Positions 47,412-58,963 of a stretch of 64,000 bases of DNA are shown piece after piece. The notes beneath the pieces are model-generated. The model did not search any database. It had not been told where the DNA came from and was given only the letters and a program-made list of their open reading frames with translations. This DNA comes from Trichodelitschia bisporula (Eukaryota): contig ML996693.1 of assembly GCA_010356995.1 (NCBI GenBank), forward strand, positions 930,001-994,000, read 5' to 3'. The position numbers were made by a program, and so were the translations under genes. Within the stretch, counting starts at the first letter, position 1. Every line of letters begins with the position of its first letter.

Positions 47412-50400
47412 TCACCGCGGCTCCCCAAACACAATCTGCACCACCTCATCCAACAACGAGAATACCAGATGCGAACTATCCTCATTAGCATCTTACCCAC
47501 ATGAAACCCAAAGGAGGGAAAACTCACTTCAACCGCCGGTTATTAACCAACGCAACCACCCTCCTCGCCGCAGCTTGCCCATTCCCCCTCCCCACCACAC
47601 TCCCCACAAGCTCCGGCACCAGCGCGACAAGTACCACCGCAGCCTCCTGCTTCGTACGTGCCTTCTCCGCCGCTGTCCGCGGCGTCTTCTCCACCTTCAC
47701 TCCGTCTTTCTTCTCGCCCGCCACCAAGCCGGCAATCATGTCCAAGAGCTTTGCAATCCCCTCCTCACACAGCACACTCCGTGCCCCTTCACGCACTTTG
47801 CGCTCCACCGTCCCGCCTAACAGTTTCTGCAACACCATGACGACGGCCCGCCCCCGCAGCCAATTGTTTGAGCGATTCAGCTCAAACGCTTCAAGGAAAA
47901 GATCACATATCGGCTTCACAAACGGCTCCAGCTCGCGTGCCGCATCCAGAGCCCTAAGCTCAGCTTCCGCCTCCGCCTCCGCCGTCAGAACCTTAGTATC
48001 CAACGGCGCCCCCGCCGCCCCGCTCCCTTGGGGGCCAGCAGCAAGCTGCGTCGTCGCAACAGAGATCAGATTCTGCCCCGCCAGACTCAACTGATCCAGC
48101 ACAGGAATATTCCCCAAAAAGTCTTCCATCCCATCCGTCACACTATTATATATCCTGGTGACAAAATCGCGCTCCTCGACGCGGGCACCCACGCCCGCCC
48201 CCGCGGCGCTGGGCACGGCTTGTTGGCTGAGGAAGGCCCGGACGTCGCGGCTCCGGCATAATGCGGGTTCTTTGAGTAATTCGCGGAGGTAGCCTTCGAG
48301 GGCTGTGCGGCGCTTGGCCATGACGTCTTTTTGGAGACCGAGCCCGATTTGCCTTCGCGGGAAATCGAGATTCCGGACGAGGGGGAAGAGGGTTCGCAGG
48401 CGCTTGTGCAGGGCGTGGAATTCGGAGTAGCGCCGCGCGACGGCCCAGGTTGCGGCGGGGATGTGGGAGCTGGCGGTGCGGTGGACTTCGATTACGTCTG
48501 CGGGGTGTTAGGGGGAAGNNNNNNNNNNNNNNNNNNNNNNNNNNNNNNGGACGTACATAGTGCGAATTCCTTGCCGTCTTCCTCTTTACCGACTGTGATG
48601 GCGGGGATGGAGATGGTGGCCCGGCCGTATAGGCTGTTATCGCTCTCCTGCACAATGTACTGCTGGCGCTGCAACTCCTTGCGATTAATCTCGCGCTGCA
48701 AGCTCGCCTTGCTCTTCCTCAATATGCGTAGCTCAGCCGCATTATTCGTCAACTCCGCTTTTCGCGTCAAGGAATCCACAATCCTTTCCTGCGTCACCAG
48801 TTTCTCGATATCGAGGGTGAGCGCATCGATCGCCTCCGCGAGACCCAGGTCCCCAGGCGCCGCCTCGTGGATGTCATCCTCGGAGGCGCCGCCCGGCTCG
48901 GCGTCTGAATCCTCCCTCTCGTCTTCGAGAAATTTTTCTTCTTCGCCGAATAGGTCGTCTTTGAACACCACGCTTCGCCCTGGTGCGCCGACTAGGCCTA
49001 GGGATGCGATGCTGGGTTTCTCACGTGAGCGCGAGGACCCCGTCGCCCCTTGGGCTGGGGATCCGATTCGGGGGGGCAGCTCGAGGGAAGACCGCATGGA
49101 ATCGGGCTCGATGGGACTGAACAAAGCGTCGCGGTCTGGGGCTTGGTGCATTATGTCTGTGAGTGCGGCTTGCATTGCGTCGACGACGTGCGGGTCGTTA
49201 CCCTGCGGAGCAGGCACAGGAACACCACCATCACCATCCGAGTCCAGACTCGCGGTACTCCGCGCAAGCGGCTCATCCACATCATCGTCAAACAGCGGCG
49301 CGCGGCCATTATCCAGACTGCGCCGCGGGGGCTCGTCGCTCTTCACGAAGGCTTTGAGGTCCGACGAGGAGAGCGCGGAGCGCCTCAGGTCCGTCGGTTT
49401 CTTGAGCAGGTCCGTGGCGGCGCGGGGGGGTAGGGCGGGCTTATGCATGCGCGGCGGCGGTTCTGGGTCTGAGGCGGGAAGATCAGGGGAGGGGGCTGAT
49501 TCCTCGGATGCCAGGAGCTTGAACCATTGGGTTGTGTGCTTGAAGGTTTCGAAGTGCGGGTCGCGCATTTCTTCGTATGCGGCGGTTTGGGCGCGGAGGA
49601 CGGATTTGCGCGCCGCTTGGTACTGCGCGTTCGTGGCGCGGCTGCCGGCGCGCAGGAAGGTGCGCACTGCTTCACGGGCTAGGGGGGAGATTTTGATTTC
49701 CGGTTGCGAGAGGTAGGCTTCGTTGATCTGGGCTATGTCGGCGCGGTCTTGTTCCGTCCACATCGGGGTGGTGGGGAAGTCGGCGGATTCGGATTCGTCG
49801 GCGTCGTCTTCGAGGGGGTTGCGGAAGCCGTCGACTACGATCCAGAATTGCACGAGCCGCATTAGGTGCTGTCGGTCCATATAGTCCATGAAGCAGGAGA
49901 GCCCGGAGGCTGTGTAGAGGACTTCTCTGAGGGTTGCGTTTTCGAGCTTCGAGGCGCGGCGGGGGCCGGAGGGGGGGGCTCGCTTTGCTGGAGCTCCGCC
50001 TGCGCCGAGTTGGGATATGCGCTGGTCGAGGATGCGTTTTGCGGCCTCTAGCCTTCGTAGGAAGAGCGGGTCTTGTCCCTCGACGGCGGACTCCTTGCGC
50101 AGCTGGGCGGCGACTTCGGAGCGGAAGCGCCGCGCGTCGGAGAGGTTGTTGCAGGCGCGGATCGAGCGGATGAAGCGTTCGAACTTGCGCTCATTGTCCT
50201 GCGGCGTGAGCTTCGGAAAGGGGGCCGGGCGGATAGACCGCGGCGACGAGGGCGCATGCTCATCGAGCGCAGCGCGCAGCTTCCGGACCGTCTTGCGTTC
50301 CTGCAAGAGACTCTTGCCATAGGTAACAATGAGCTGATTCCAAGTATCCGGATCCGACAGCGTCTGTATAAGCGGGAACAGCACCGCACAACTCACAATC

Positions 50401-51170
50401 TCCTTAACCAGCACCGAAACCGCCGGACTCGTGCTCATCTCCCCCGGCATCAACCGCTGCAGCAATCTCACCACAATCCCCCGAATATACTGCTGCTCCA
50501 CGCTCCTCGTATCCGCAAACGCCAGTGGCACAGCAGCATGCAGTTTCCCCGCCCGAAACCTCCCCGCAACAACCAAATCCAGCTCCTCCCCCTCTGTGAA
50601 ATTCCTGCTCAAACTCCTCCCCTTAACCGCCCTCTCCGCCTCGTAGAAATTTCCCAAGTGCGCCGTGAGCATCGGCACCACCCGCGCAACCGCCACGCCC
50701 ACGATGTCCAGCCCCGACACCCGGCCGATGACGTCCGCGGCCACGACGCGGATCGCGCGGTCCACCTCGTTCACAAACACCGGCCGCGAGCTAATCGCCC
50801 CAAACCAGCTCCCCACAAACTCCCCCTCTATCCCCTTCAACAGCCTATCCAGCGCGGCCCCCACGGCCGGCGCATCCGCACACAGCGGCGCAGGCACGTA
50901 CGCAGCGCGGGCGGCGAGCGCCTCCGTCTCCGCCTTCCAGAGCGCAGGGCGCACGAACGCCGCACCGCGGGGCCCATAATCCTTGACCGGCTCGGGGGGT
51001 GCGCGGGCGGTCGTGAGAAGCGTGTAGAGGAAGCCGAGGACGACGGCGAGACAGCCGGCGATGAAGGCGTAAGGGAGGAAGCGCAGGGAGGGGAGATAGT
51101 GCGTGGCGTAGCCCCAGGCGATGAAGGCGGTTAGGGCGGCGAGGAGGACATCGCGGCGGGTTAGTTCCAT
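47412..51170 (-). CDS. MDM1: Mdm1/SNX13-14-25-type sorting nexin (TM-PXA-RGS-PX-Nexin_C)
   Basis: Two N-terminal TM helices; PXA (EFVGSWFGAISSRPVFVNEVDR); RGS (GLSCFMDYMDR...VQFWIVVDGFR); PX (WAVARRYSEFHALH); C-terminal FLEAFELNRSNNWLRGRAVV; last exon ...LLDEVVQIVFGEPR-stop. Confidence 0.93.
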
Positions 51171-51485
51171 AGTACGCGGACCGGAGGATGCAGGGCGCGG
51201 GGGAGGGGCATGGTGGTGTTCGGGGCGGGATGGGGGTGAGGTGTGGGCGTCGGGGGTTGTGGTTGTGATGGGGTGTGGCGGTTGCGTCGGCGGGCATTTG
51301 GCTAGCCTTGGTACCCGTAGCGCGGGCTGGGGTGCGAGGGCGGCATGTGCTGCTGAAAGTTGCTTTGATATTGGAGATTTGGGCCAGAAAGAAGGCATAC
51401 AAGCCTGTCTAACCGAGTCCGAGCAGATGCAAATATTTTTGACAGTTGTATGTACACGGTGGCACACCCCAATGGCATGCAACTT

Positions 51486-52610
51486 CTACCACCTTTTCTC
51501 CCCTTCATCAAAATCCTTTCCCTGCCGCTCCCTCTCAATCCGCTTGTTAAACTCCCTCTGCGCCTCCGCCTTTGCCAATTGCCTCTCCTCCTCCGTCTTC
51601 TCAAAGCTAAAACTATCCCACGGCTGCTTCTCCCCTGTCGCCTCCGGCTTCTGCCACCTTGCCTGGCTCCCGCTCTGTCCACCCCCTCCAGCCTGCCTCC
51701 GGATTCTCTCCCACGCCGACCCCGACGGGCCATCATCCCGCTGCGGACTCGTCTCTCCCTCGCTGCTATACGTCTCCGAAAACCCCTTCGGCTGCTGCGC
51801 CACCTTGTCAATACTAAACGTGCTCCGCGCTGTCGCATCGTCGTCCTGCCTTGCCCGCTGCCGCCCCTCATACCCCCTCGCCTGCGCATCATCCATCAGC
51901 CCCGAATCCGCCTCCACTCGCGCCTGCGGGGACATATCATCATCACTATCATCCGCCCGGCGGGGCGCATTCCATGCCTTCGCCTCTCTAGGCTGTTCCC
52001 GGGCCGGCTGTTGCGCCTCGGGCACCGTCTGCCCGCGCTGCGCCCCACGCTCCTTCGCATATTGCTCTATCGATTTTCTGAAATCCGCAAGCCGCTCATC
52101 GGTAGCCACGTTAACGGCCAGTCGGGCGCTGGCGCTAATATCCGTGAGGAAGAAGCCGAGGAACAGGCCCGCGGCGCCGTAGGACGTGTACCGCAGGGCG
52201 TGGACGAGGTTATGCGATGCCTGGCCGCGCAGACCGAACACGTTGTCCGGATTGAATTGTTCGGGCTTGGGCTGCCAGTACGGAAAGCGGTACGTCGCGC
52301 GCGTGGTGTAGGCTCTGTAAACGCCGCCCGCGAGCCCGATGAAGCTCCCTACGGAAGTAGTCCGGTTCGCAGACGCGACGTGGGTTGCGAAGGCTTGCGC
52401 TTCGGTGGGGGTCATGGAGCGGCGCATGAGGCGCTCGGCGTTGGCCTTGTTGTGCTCGATGACTTGCTTGAGACGGGCATTTGTGCGGCCGGTGAGGAGG
52501 CCGATGAGGGGGAGGGGTTTGGGGAGGGCGGAGAAGTCGATGGCTGAGGAGGGGGATGTTGTTGAGAAGTCGTCTGTTGACGGGGGGGGTGAGATGTCTT
52601 CGAGGACCAT
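51486..52610 (-). CDS. Hypothetical fungal protein with two hydrophobic segments and a charged C-terminal tail
   Basis: Intronless ORF; GSAWERIRRQA and DSFSF...EERQLAKAEAQREFNKRIERERQGKDF resemble motifs of a fungal uncharacterised family. Confidence 0.75.
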   Translation of the reverse strand: MVLEDISPPPSTDDFSTTSPSSAIDFSALPKPLPLIGLLTGRTNARLKQVIEHNKANAERLMRRSMTPTEAQAFATHVASANRTTSVGSFIGLAGGVYRAYTTRATYRFPYWQPKPEQFNPDNVFGLRGQASHNLVHALRYTSYGAAGLFLGFFLTDISASARLAVNVATDERLADFRKSIEQYAKERGAQRGQTVPEAQQPAREQPREAKAWNAPRRADDSDDDMSPQARVEADSGLMDDAQARGYEGRQRARQDDDATARSTFSIDKVAQQPKGFSETYSSEGETSPQRDDGPSGSAWERIRRQAGGGGQSGSQARWQKPEATGEKQPWDSFSFEKTEEERQLAKAEAQREFNKRIERERQGKDFDEGEKRW

Positions 52611-54280
52611 GGCTGCGGGGTGGTTGTGATGGTGGAGGATTTGAACGGGCAGAGCTTTGAAGCTGTGGACGTCATACGAAGACAGTGGCGTGCCGCCTCG
52701 ACTTGGCGCCCGGCCCGGCCGAGTTTTCTTGGGCAACGCCCGTTCCGAACTTCGAGTGACAACATCTCAACCTCAAAGTTTTCCAGCCTCAAAAGCGCTG
52801 ATTTTGGTCCTGCAACTTGATTCACCTCATTCCAGCTTATGCTATCTGCTAACAGACTCGCTTTGGATGGTGTCATGTCAGGTATTGGAGTCAGCTCCGC
52901 GGACGAGCACATCGCAGGTAAGAGCAGTGTTTTCAGGAGTCTATCAGACTGATTGAGGTACTTCAGTCAGGCGTGGAGTCTAACGGCGACTTCTCCAACC
53001 TCTCCGATACTAAGTGTGCAAACCTTCCATGGAACCTAGCTCTTGGACGTCTAGACAATCCGAGCAGACCACCGTATCGCTTGCCGACTGATCCTCTTAC
53101 ACTTATAGAAAGCTTATCAAGTGACCATATGCTGAGATTTAAGTGTTGCAGCTATCGGTGAAGCACTGGAGAGTAATATTGGTGCCAACTCCGAAGCCTT
53201 TGATGAGCCGTGTGACTCCAGCGCCTCATATAAGGCTTCGGATATGGCACCAGTACTACTCTCCAATGCTTCAGTGGCAGCTCCAACACTTGTGATTCTA
53301 CACCATATCCGAAGACAACATGATGGCCTAGACGCTCAACCACTCCGAGGCTTAAGTTTTAAACAGTGCAACGCCTTTCTGAGAGTTCAACAGCCCTATG
53401 GACCCGGACAGCACGTTCGAATTTTGCGGGAGTTGACTAGCAGGCATTAAGGTGCTCTCCGATGCCAACGTCGGAGGGCGTGTGTGGTGGATGTCGACAC
53501 ACTCATCGTTCAACTGTTGGCCGCCTTGACGAGCAAAGCCACACCATGCTGGTGGACGCAAATACGGGGTCAGGTTCCAGAGATGGAGTTACCGAGCGCT
53601 AAGTACACTTGACTGGAGGCACTCAAAAGGGGCTGCAGTTTGAAAGGGCCCGAAATGCCTTCACGACACAGGGTGACCTCTGGGCCCCATCGGCTCATGT
53701 TGTAGATTTGGAGGAGGTCAACATGCCCAGCAATGGGCCTATCGTCGGAGGCTCGAAGACATCTTCGAAACCGCCCGTTGCGCCCGTGTGCCGTGTGTTT
53801 CTTGACACAGCCTTCTAGGGGAGTTGGCCGAACGGGCTGTTTGAGACTGGAAGCGACAGGATGTGTATTGGTAGTTGGAAGTCTCAAGCAGCAAGTCGAT
53901 ACCGGCTTGTTGATCGCTATAAAGCTACGCCTAGAACTAGAAAGAGCCGTGCTTATATTGGCCTAAATGCACCATTGCTTCCCGCCGCTCCACTAGTCAT
54001 CCAAGACTCCCAAGAGTCTCTCTATCAAAGCCACCCCGCTCGTCCAGCCTTGCCCCTCCCACCCCCCCCCCTCCCTCCCTGCCTCGGGCCAAGCCCCGCA
54101 AGCCTCGCGCCGAAGCACGTCATGCCCCCAGCAGCGCGCCTCAGGGTCCAGCAAAAAGCGCAACACCTAAAATCGAGAAAGAAAGATCGGCTAGCTCGCC
54201 TCAACCCTCTTTTTTCCCCTATATCACCTCAAAACTCCCCCTCACTCCTTCACCTACATCCACCGCAGTACATCGCAACA

Positions 54281-54991
54281 ATGGCCACCAAAGCAACGTA
54301 CGCCCTCATCCCCTCATCCCCCCGCACTCGCGCTCGCTACGCTCGCTAACCCCACCACAGCAACATAACCTGGCACCCAACCCTCTCCCGCGCCGAGCGC
54401 GCCGCCCTGCGCAAACAACGCGGGTACACAATCTGGTTCACCGGGCTCTCGGCAAGCGGGAAATCCACCATCGCCACCGCGCTCGAACAAACCCTCCTGC
54501 AGCGCGGGTTGGCCGCCTACCTCCTCGACGGAGACAACGTGCGCTTCGGCCTGAACAAGAACCTAGGTTTCAGCCCCGAAGATCGCAGTGAAAACATCCG
54601 GCGCGTGGCCGAGGTGGCCAAATTGTTTGCTGATTCTGCGACGATAACTCTGGCGAGTTTTATCAGCCCGTATAAGGCGGACAGGGCGCTGGCGCGGGAG
54701 TTGCATGCGGCGAAGGGACCGCATGCGGATGATAAGGAGGGGTTGCCGTTTGTGGAGGTTTTTGTGGATGTACCCGTTGAGGTCGCCGAGAAGAGAGATC
54801 CGAAGGGGTTGTATAAGAAGGCGAGGGAGGGGGTGATAAAGGAGTTTACGGGGGTTAGTGCGCCGTATGAGGCGCCTGAGAGTCCAGAGGTGCATATTAA
54901 GGGCGCGGAGGTTAGTGTTGAGGAGGCGGTGGCGAGTATTGTGAATTACCTTGAGGGGAGGGGGTTGTTGCAGGCGCCAACGGAGAGTTGA
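54281..54991 (+). CDS. MET14: Adenylyl-sulfate kinase
   Basis: MATKAT/NITWH, P-loop [39 protein letters not shown]; intron 54298-54360. Confidence 0.97.
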
Positions 54992-55160
54992 GTCGGTTGA
55001 GCTTGGTTGGGGATCTGGGCATGGCATTGGGAGGAATTGCATCACTGAGAAGTGCACACCTCAGAGCCATGGAGGCAGTCCTTCATGGCAATAGAGATTA
55101 CGGCTAGCCCTGACGGAGCACGCATTAGGTATGACATTACATCTGAAAATGCCGCTACCG

Positions 55161-56513
55161 CTACGCAATCTCAAACTCGTAGTACACGTATGCCGTATAC
55201 TCATCACCGCCATGCGTCGCGGCCTGGATCTCAGCCGTGAGCGCTTGGTCGTCGGCCACGACTTTGCCCCGCTTGTCCCGTGTGAAGGCGTTGCCGCCGA
55301 GGCTGGAGTAGTTGTTGTCGAGATTGGACTTGACCTTCTTTGCTGCTTTGGGTGTTGTCTGCATGTGTCAGTTTTGGGCGTGGATGGAAGGGCCTGCGAA
55401 CATACCTCCACCAGCCCACAGATGAAATCCAGCGGCAGCCCGTATCGTAACACAGTCTCGACGAATACCCGCAGCGCCAGCACATGTACCAACACCTGAG
55501 CGCTCTCACTATACCCCGTACGTCCGAGCCGCAGCGCCTCACCCCAGACCTTCTGCGCCTCGCGCTCCAGACTCGCTACCTCGCGCGCCTCCTCCTCGCC
55601 CCCTCCCTCCACATACGTATAGTCGCGTGGCGTCCAGCGCTTCTCGCGGCACTTGTGCACGAACTCGGCGGCCGTTTTCTTGAACGTAGTAACAGCGTAG
55701 AGCTTGAATTCGTCGTCGGCGGTGATTTCGGTGGCGGAGCGGGGGACGACCATGGGTGCGAGGGATTCATATGTCTTAAGGAATTCTTTGGTGAGTGCGT
55801 TGGGGACGGCGATCAGGTGCGTTTCTAGGTACTCCGAGTCGCGGATTACGGCGTCGGGCGGCACGATGGAGGCCAGGGAGCGGGTGGCTAGGTTGCCGCT
55901 GAGGGGTTAGCTGGGGAACGGAGGGGGGCGTTGGGGACGCACGTCTGGCGCCGCTGGGAGGCGGCGAGGTTGGTCTTGATGGAGTTGTACTGGTTGAACT
56001 TGGCTTTTACATCATTGTCAAGGCCGTTGATTTCCTATCCCGTCAGCTTCGCCCTTGTCTAGAGCGAGAAGCGCACTCTTTGAAGCCCGTCAATCAGCTC
56101 AGCAATCGTCTTGTCGGCGCGGTATTTAGCCTTGTTCCACTGGAACGAGCGCAGGTATGCGTCAACAGGTTCTGCGGCTGTCAGCTTCTGCCATCAGAGA
56201 AGCGGAGCTCCGTACTGTCGTTTATCGTCTTGTGTTCAGACGCCTTTTGCTCGTCGCCATCGAAGATGCTGCGAAGCGACTCGCCGACCTTGGCGACCAC
56301 GGCTTCGCACACATTGTTCAGCTTCGCGAGCTCGTCGGCCTGCTGCACGAGGGCATCAAGGGTGCCGATCTTGAAGCCGGGAACCGCAAAGGGTGCCGTA
56401 GCGCCTTCTCTGCCGACGGTAGCCTGGAGTGCTTCGAGAGCTTCATCGCGGTGGCCGGAAGGGGTGATGGACGCGGGCAGCGATACTAGCAGATACTTGG
56501 CGGGTTTGGACAT
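55161..56513 (-). CDS. VMA5: V-type ATPase V1 subunit C
   Basis: YLLVSLP, FKIGTLDALVQQADELAKL, FQWNKAKYRADK, MVVPRSA, RVFVETVLRYGLP, YVYYEFEI. Confidence 0.96.
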
Positions 56514-56812
56514 GATGTCGATGAGGGCCCGCAGAGCTCAGGCGGGACTGCGTTGTTGCTTGACAAAGGAATCGCAGAGGATCGCGGATGTTGAAGCTAT
56601 CAATCCACCCTTGGCCCTTTTGCATGCGCCATGCTTCAGTCCAATACCCCTCCCCACCACACCCCGGTGGCCCAAGCTTCTGCGGGCTGTCGGCCTTCGG
56701 GATGTGCCCCGGTCGACCAACCTTGCAGCAAGCCGATTTGCGATTCGCATATATATCGCGCCGCATCACCCCACCAACTCTTACCTCTCTCCTCTTCACA
56801 TCTCTGCCCGTC

Positions 56813-58299
56813 ATGTCCGCACAACGAGGAATTGGCTTTGCGAGGTCCTCGCCGCGGGTTGCACGGCTGCTGGGCTCGTCCTCGGGCTGCTCGGGCGGTG
56901 CGCGGGGTGCGTCGTTCTCGATAGCGCATTCGCGGGTTCCCGAAGCTCGGCTGCGCTGTTCGGCTGTTACCACCTGTGTACAGCGACCGCAGCGGCTCTT
57001 CTCGACCACCAGGACGACGCGGTCAGAGGAAGAGCTGCTCAAGACACCGCTGTACGACCTCCATATCGTAAAGGGCGGCAAGATCGTGCCGTTCGGCGGG
57101 TTCTCTATGCCCGTATACTACGAAGACTTGAACATCACCGAGTCACACAACTGGACGCGGGAGAAGGCCAGTCTCTTCGACGTGAGCCACATGTATGCAT
57201 TCCGTCCCGTTCCATGCCTCCCATTCACGTAGTCAGGCTGCAGCACAACTTCGCCGGTCCCGGCGCCGCCAACTTCCTAGCCAGCATCACGCCATCGTCC
57301 CCCAAGGCCCTCGCGCCCTTCACCTCGACGCTTTCCGCTTTTCTGCACCCTGACGGCGGCATTGTTGATGACACTATTATCACGAACATTTCCTCCGGTT
57401 GGCGGGACCAGTTCTATGTCGTCACTAACGGCGCATGTCGGGCGAAAGATAAGGCCTTCATCTCCGACGCTCTGGCCGCGTGGCGCCGCGACTCGCAGCA
57501 CGGCGAGGTCTCGTGGCACACGCTCGAGAACAACGGCTTGATTGCGCTGCAAGGCCCGCTGGCCGCGGAAATTCTGCAGTCGTTGGAACCGAAGAAGGAT
57601 GGCCACGAGCTCGACCTGAGCACTCTCCACTTCGGCCAGAGCGCATGGTTGACCTTCGGTGACGTCCTGTCCGGCGAGGATAAGTCTGCGTGCCTGGTAA
57701 GCCGCGGAGGGTACACAGGCGAAGACGGATTCGAGATTTCGATTACCGGCAGCGACCACTCGAATCCGACGCAAACGCTCACGGAAGCACTGCTGCGCTA
57801 CGCTGGGCCGGAGAAGCTCCGTCTTGCCGGCCTTGGTCCGCGCGATAGCCTGCGCCTCGAGGCGGGGATGTGTCTGTACGGGCACGACATCGACGACACG
57901 ACGACGCCAGTCGAGGCAGGGCTATCGTGGATCGTAGCCAAGGACCGGCGCGCCCAGGGCGGGTTCAACGGCTCCGACACCATTCTGCAGCAGCTGAAGG
58001 CGAAGAAAGATGGAGGCGGTGTGACGCGCCGTCGGGTCGGGATTGTAGTTGAGGACCGGGCGCCGGCGCGGGAGGGCGCAAAGATTGTGAATGAGGAGGG
58101 TGAGGAGGTAGGCGTCGTTACGTCTGGTGGGCCGAGTCCGACGCTTGGGAAGAATATCGCCATGGGGTATATCCGTGATGGACTGCACAAGACGGGGACG
58201 AAGGTGGGTGTTGTGGTGAGGAATAAGACGAGGCCGGCTGTGGTTACGAAGATGCCGTTTGTGCCGACGAAGTACTGGAAGGGGAAGGGGGCGGCTTAG
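56813..58299 (+). CDS. GCV1: Glycine cleavage system T protein (aminomethyltransferase), mitochondrial
   Basis: Presequence; KTPLYDLH, PFGGFSMPV, SLFDVSHM, SRGGYTGEDGFEI, RDSLRLEAGMCLYG, NIAMGY. Confidence 0.97.
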
Positions 58300-58963
58300 A
58301 TGGGGATTTGATTGTGGAGCGGGTTTCAACACGGATTTGGGGTGGGCGAATAGACTGTGTAAAGGGTCTTGTGCTAGATATACATGGCTCGGCGGTTGGT
58401 TTGGGTACCTAATAGCATGTATCATGAATATAAAGATGATGGCCACACAGCTGTCGCTGTTCCATGGAAAGCTTTATAACTGCGGTTGTTGACTCGGGTC
58501 ATGGCAATTATGAGAAGTCTCTATTGACAACTACGGATCCCTTAATCATGCTAAATTCCGAGCAGCGGATGCGCTTGTGTCTCCCGAATGTGGCACCCGA
58601 TGCCGAGTACTTGGTCCCGAAGCCTTGCCGGATCATTAATCATCCGCATCGACGTCGAGTCTTCGTCTTGTCGCTTAAAAGGACCGATTAGTCCTTGCAA
58701 CTGCAGCTCCCAGATCCCAATTGGCTTCGGTTACGTACAAAGCAGCAGCCCGAAGCAGATCGCCAGCCAGCTGAGGTTCAGCTCCTCCAAAATGTGACGT
58801 GAGATGGCTGGGCCTAATGCCAAGCTAATGCACAGCCACGGTTAGCCACGAAACAACCCCTCCACCCCTCCATTCACTCCCAGCTGAGCTGACAAACAGC
58901 TGCTGTTTCATCCTCTTCCTACGCTTCCTGACATCACAACTGCTGACCATCGTTTTTTACAAG

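Noticed and set aside
51171..51482. N-terminal extension of the MDM1 ORF
   Set aside because: Low-complexity leader; the TM-bearing N-terminus begins at the ATG at 51170.
52750..54000. Possible gene or transposon relic
   Set aside because: Only short ORFs; no repeats or motifs recognised.
56080..57230. N-terminal part of the 739-aa ORF in the track
   Set aside because: Overlaps VMA5 antisense; GCV1 starts at 56813 in another frame and joins by splicing.
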